From: an uncultured Chloroflexia bacterium
Lineage (GTDB): Bacteria; Chloroflexota; Limnocylindria; Limnocylindrales; CSP1-4
DNA: 64,000 nucleotides
Assembly (NCBI GenBank): GCA_963788685.1
Contig: CAWBHP010000012.1
Coordinates: 5,574-69,573, forward strand
Reading direction: 5' to 3'
The translations under genes were made by a program, and so were the position numbers. The notes under the pieces are model-generated. The model searched no databases and was not told where the DNA came from. It saw only the letters and a program-made list of their open reading frames with translations. Shown piece after piece: positions 63,360-64,000 of the stretch (position 1 is its first letter; the number at the start of each line of letters is the position of its first letter).

Positions 63360-64000
63360 TCACTTCAGGGCGCCGCCCATCAGGCCGCGGATGAACTGGC
63401 GGTTGAAGGCGATGTACAGCGACGAGCATCGGGATGATCGCGATCGTCAGCGCCGCGAGAACGGCGTTCCAGTCGGACACGAACTGGCCGAGGAACTGCT
63501 GGGTGCCGAGGGTCAGCGTCGCCGTCGATCGGCCGGGGGCCAGGATCAGCGGCCACCAGAGGTCGTTCCAGACCGGGATCATCGTCAGGATCGCCACGGC
63601 CGCCATCGCCGGTCGGGCCAGCTGGACGATCATCCCGAAGATCCGGAAATGGCCGGCGCCGTCGACCCTGGCGGCGTCCTCCAGCTCACGCGGGACCTCG
63701 CGGAAGAAGGCCGACAGGATGAAGACCGCAAGCGGCAGCCCGGCCGCCGTGTAGACGAGGATCAGCGCGAGATGGGTGTTGGCGAGGCCGAGCCCGACGA
63801 TCATGTTCAGGATGCTCACGGTGCCGAGGCGGATGGGGATCATGATCCCGAGCGCCAGGTAGAGCCCCAGCATCCGGCTGCCGCGGAATCGGTAGCGGGC
63901 GAGCGCGAACGCCGCCATCGAGCCGAACAGGAGCACGAGAACGAGGGAGACGCCCGTGACGATGATGCTGTTGCCGATGTAGCCGAAGAAGTCGCCCTGC
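63360..64000 (-). CDS. Carbohydrate ABC transporter permease, 5'-partial; frameshift near the C-terminus
   Basis: EAA motif ELEDAARVDGA, WNDLWWPL, RQFIRGLMGGALK*. Confidence 0.93.

Overview
High-GC bacterial chromosome segment. Gene content and order (recA-recX-rny-ymdB-PHP-miaB-miaA-hflX; yebC-ruvCAB-tgt; infC-rpmI-rplT-pheST; TrpR-like YerC next to hisC) fit a Chloroflexota- or actinobacteria-like organism (inference only). Many essential genes (pheS, pheT, tyrS, tgt, miaA, ruvA, ruvC) carry single-base frameshifts, so most indels here are probably long-read consensus errors rather than pseudogenisation. From about 20.8 to 64 kb the window is mostly core housekeeping on the minus strand, with several insertions splitting conserved operons. 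From 1 to 20 kb it is accessory. The main result is a defence-like island at about 6.1-14 kb. It holds a degenerate HNH / OGG-fold glycosylase operon on the minus strand. On the plus strand are a DUF2075 nuclease-helicase, a UG/Abi-type reverse transcriptase with an unusual WVDD active site and helical C-terminus, and an Mrr-type nuclease. The island ends next to a 28-bp dif-like site (15134-15161) preceded by two degenerate copies. Gene orientation and GGGNAGGG polarity converge on this site, and the 3' end of the hslR gene is duplicated across the island. No integrase or transposase gene is visible. Other notable items: a 377-bp-period tandem repeat with DnaA-box-like pairs, a 6S-like hairpin upstream of rny, a headless BcsA-like gene between miaA and hflX, and a candidate HisR operator. 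No CRISPR array, tRNA or rRNA was seen. All family assignments come from motif recognition by eye, not database searches.
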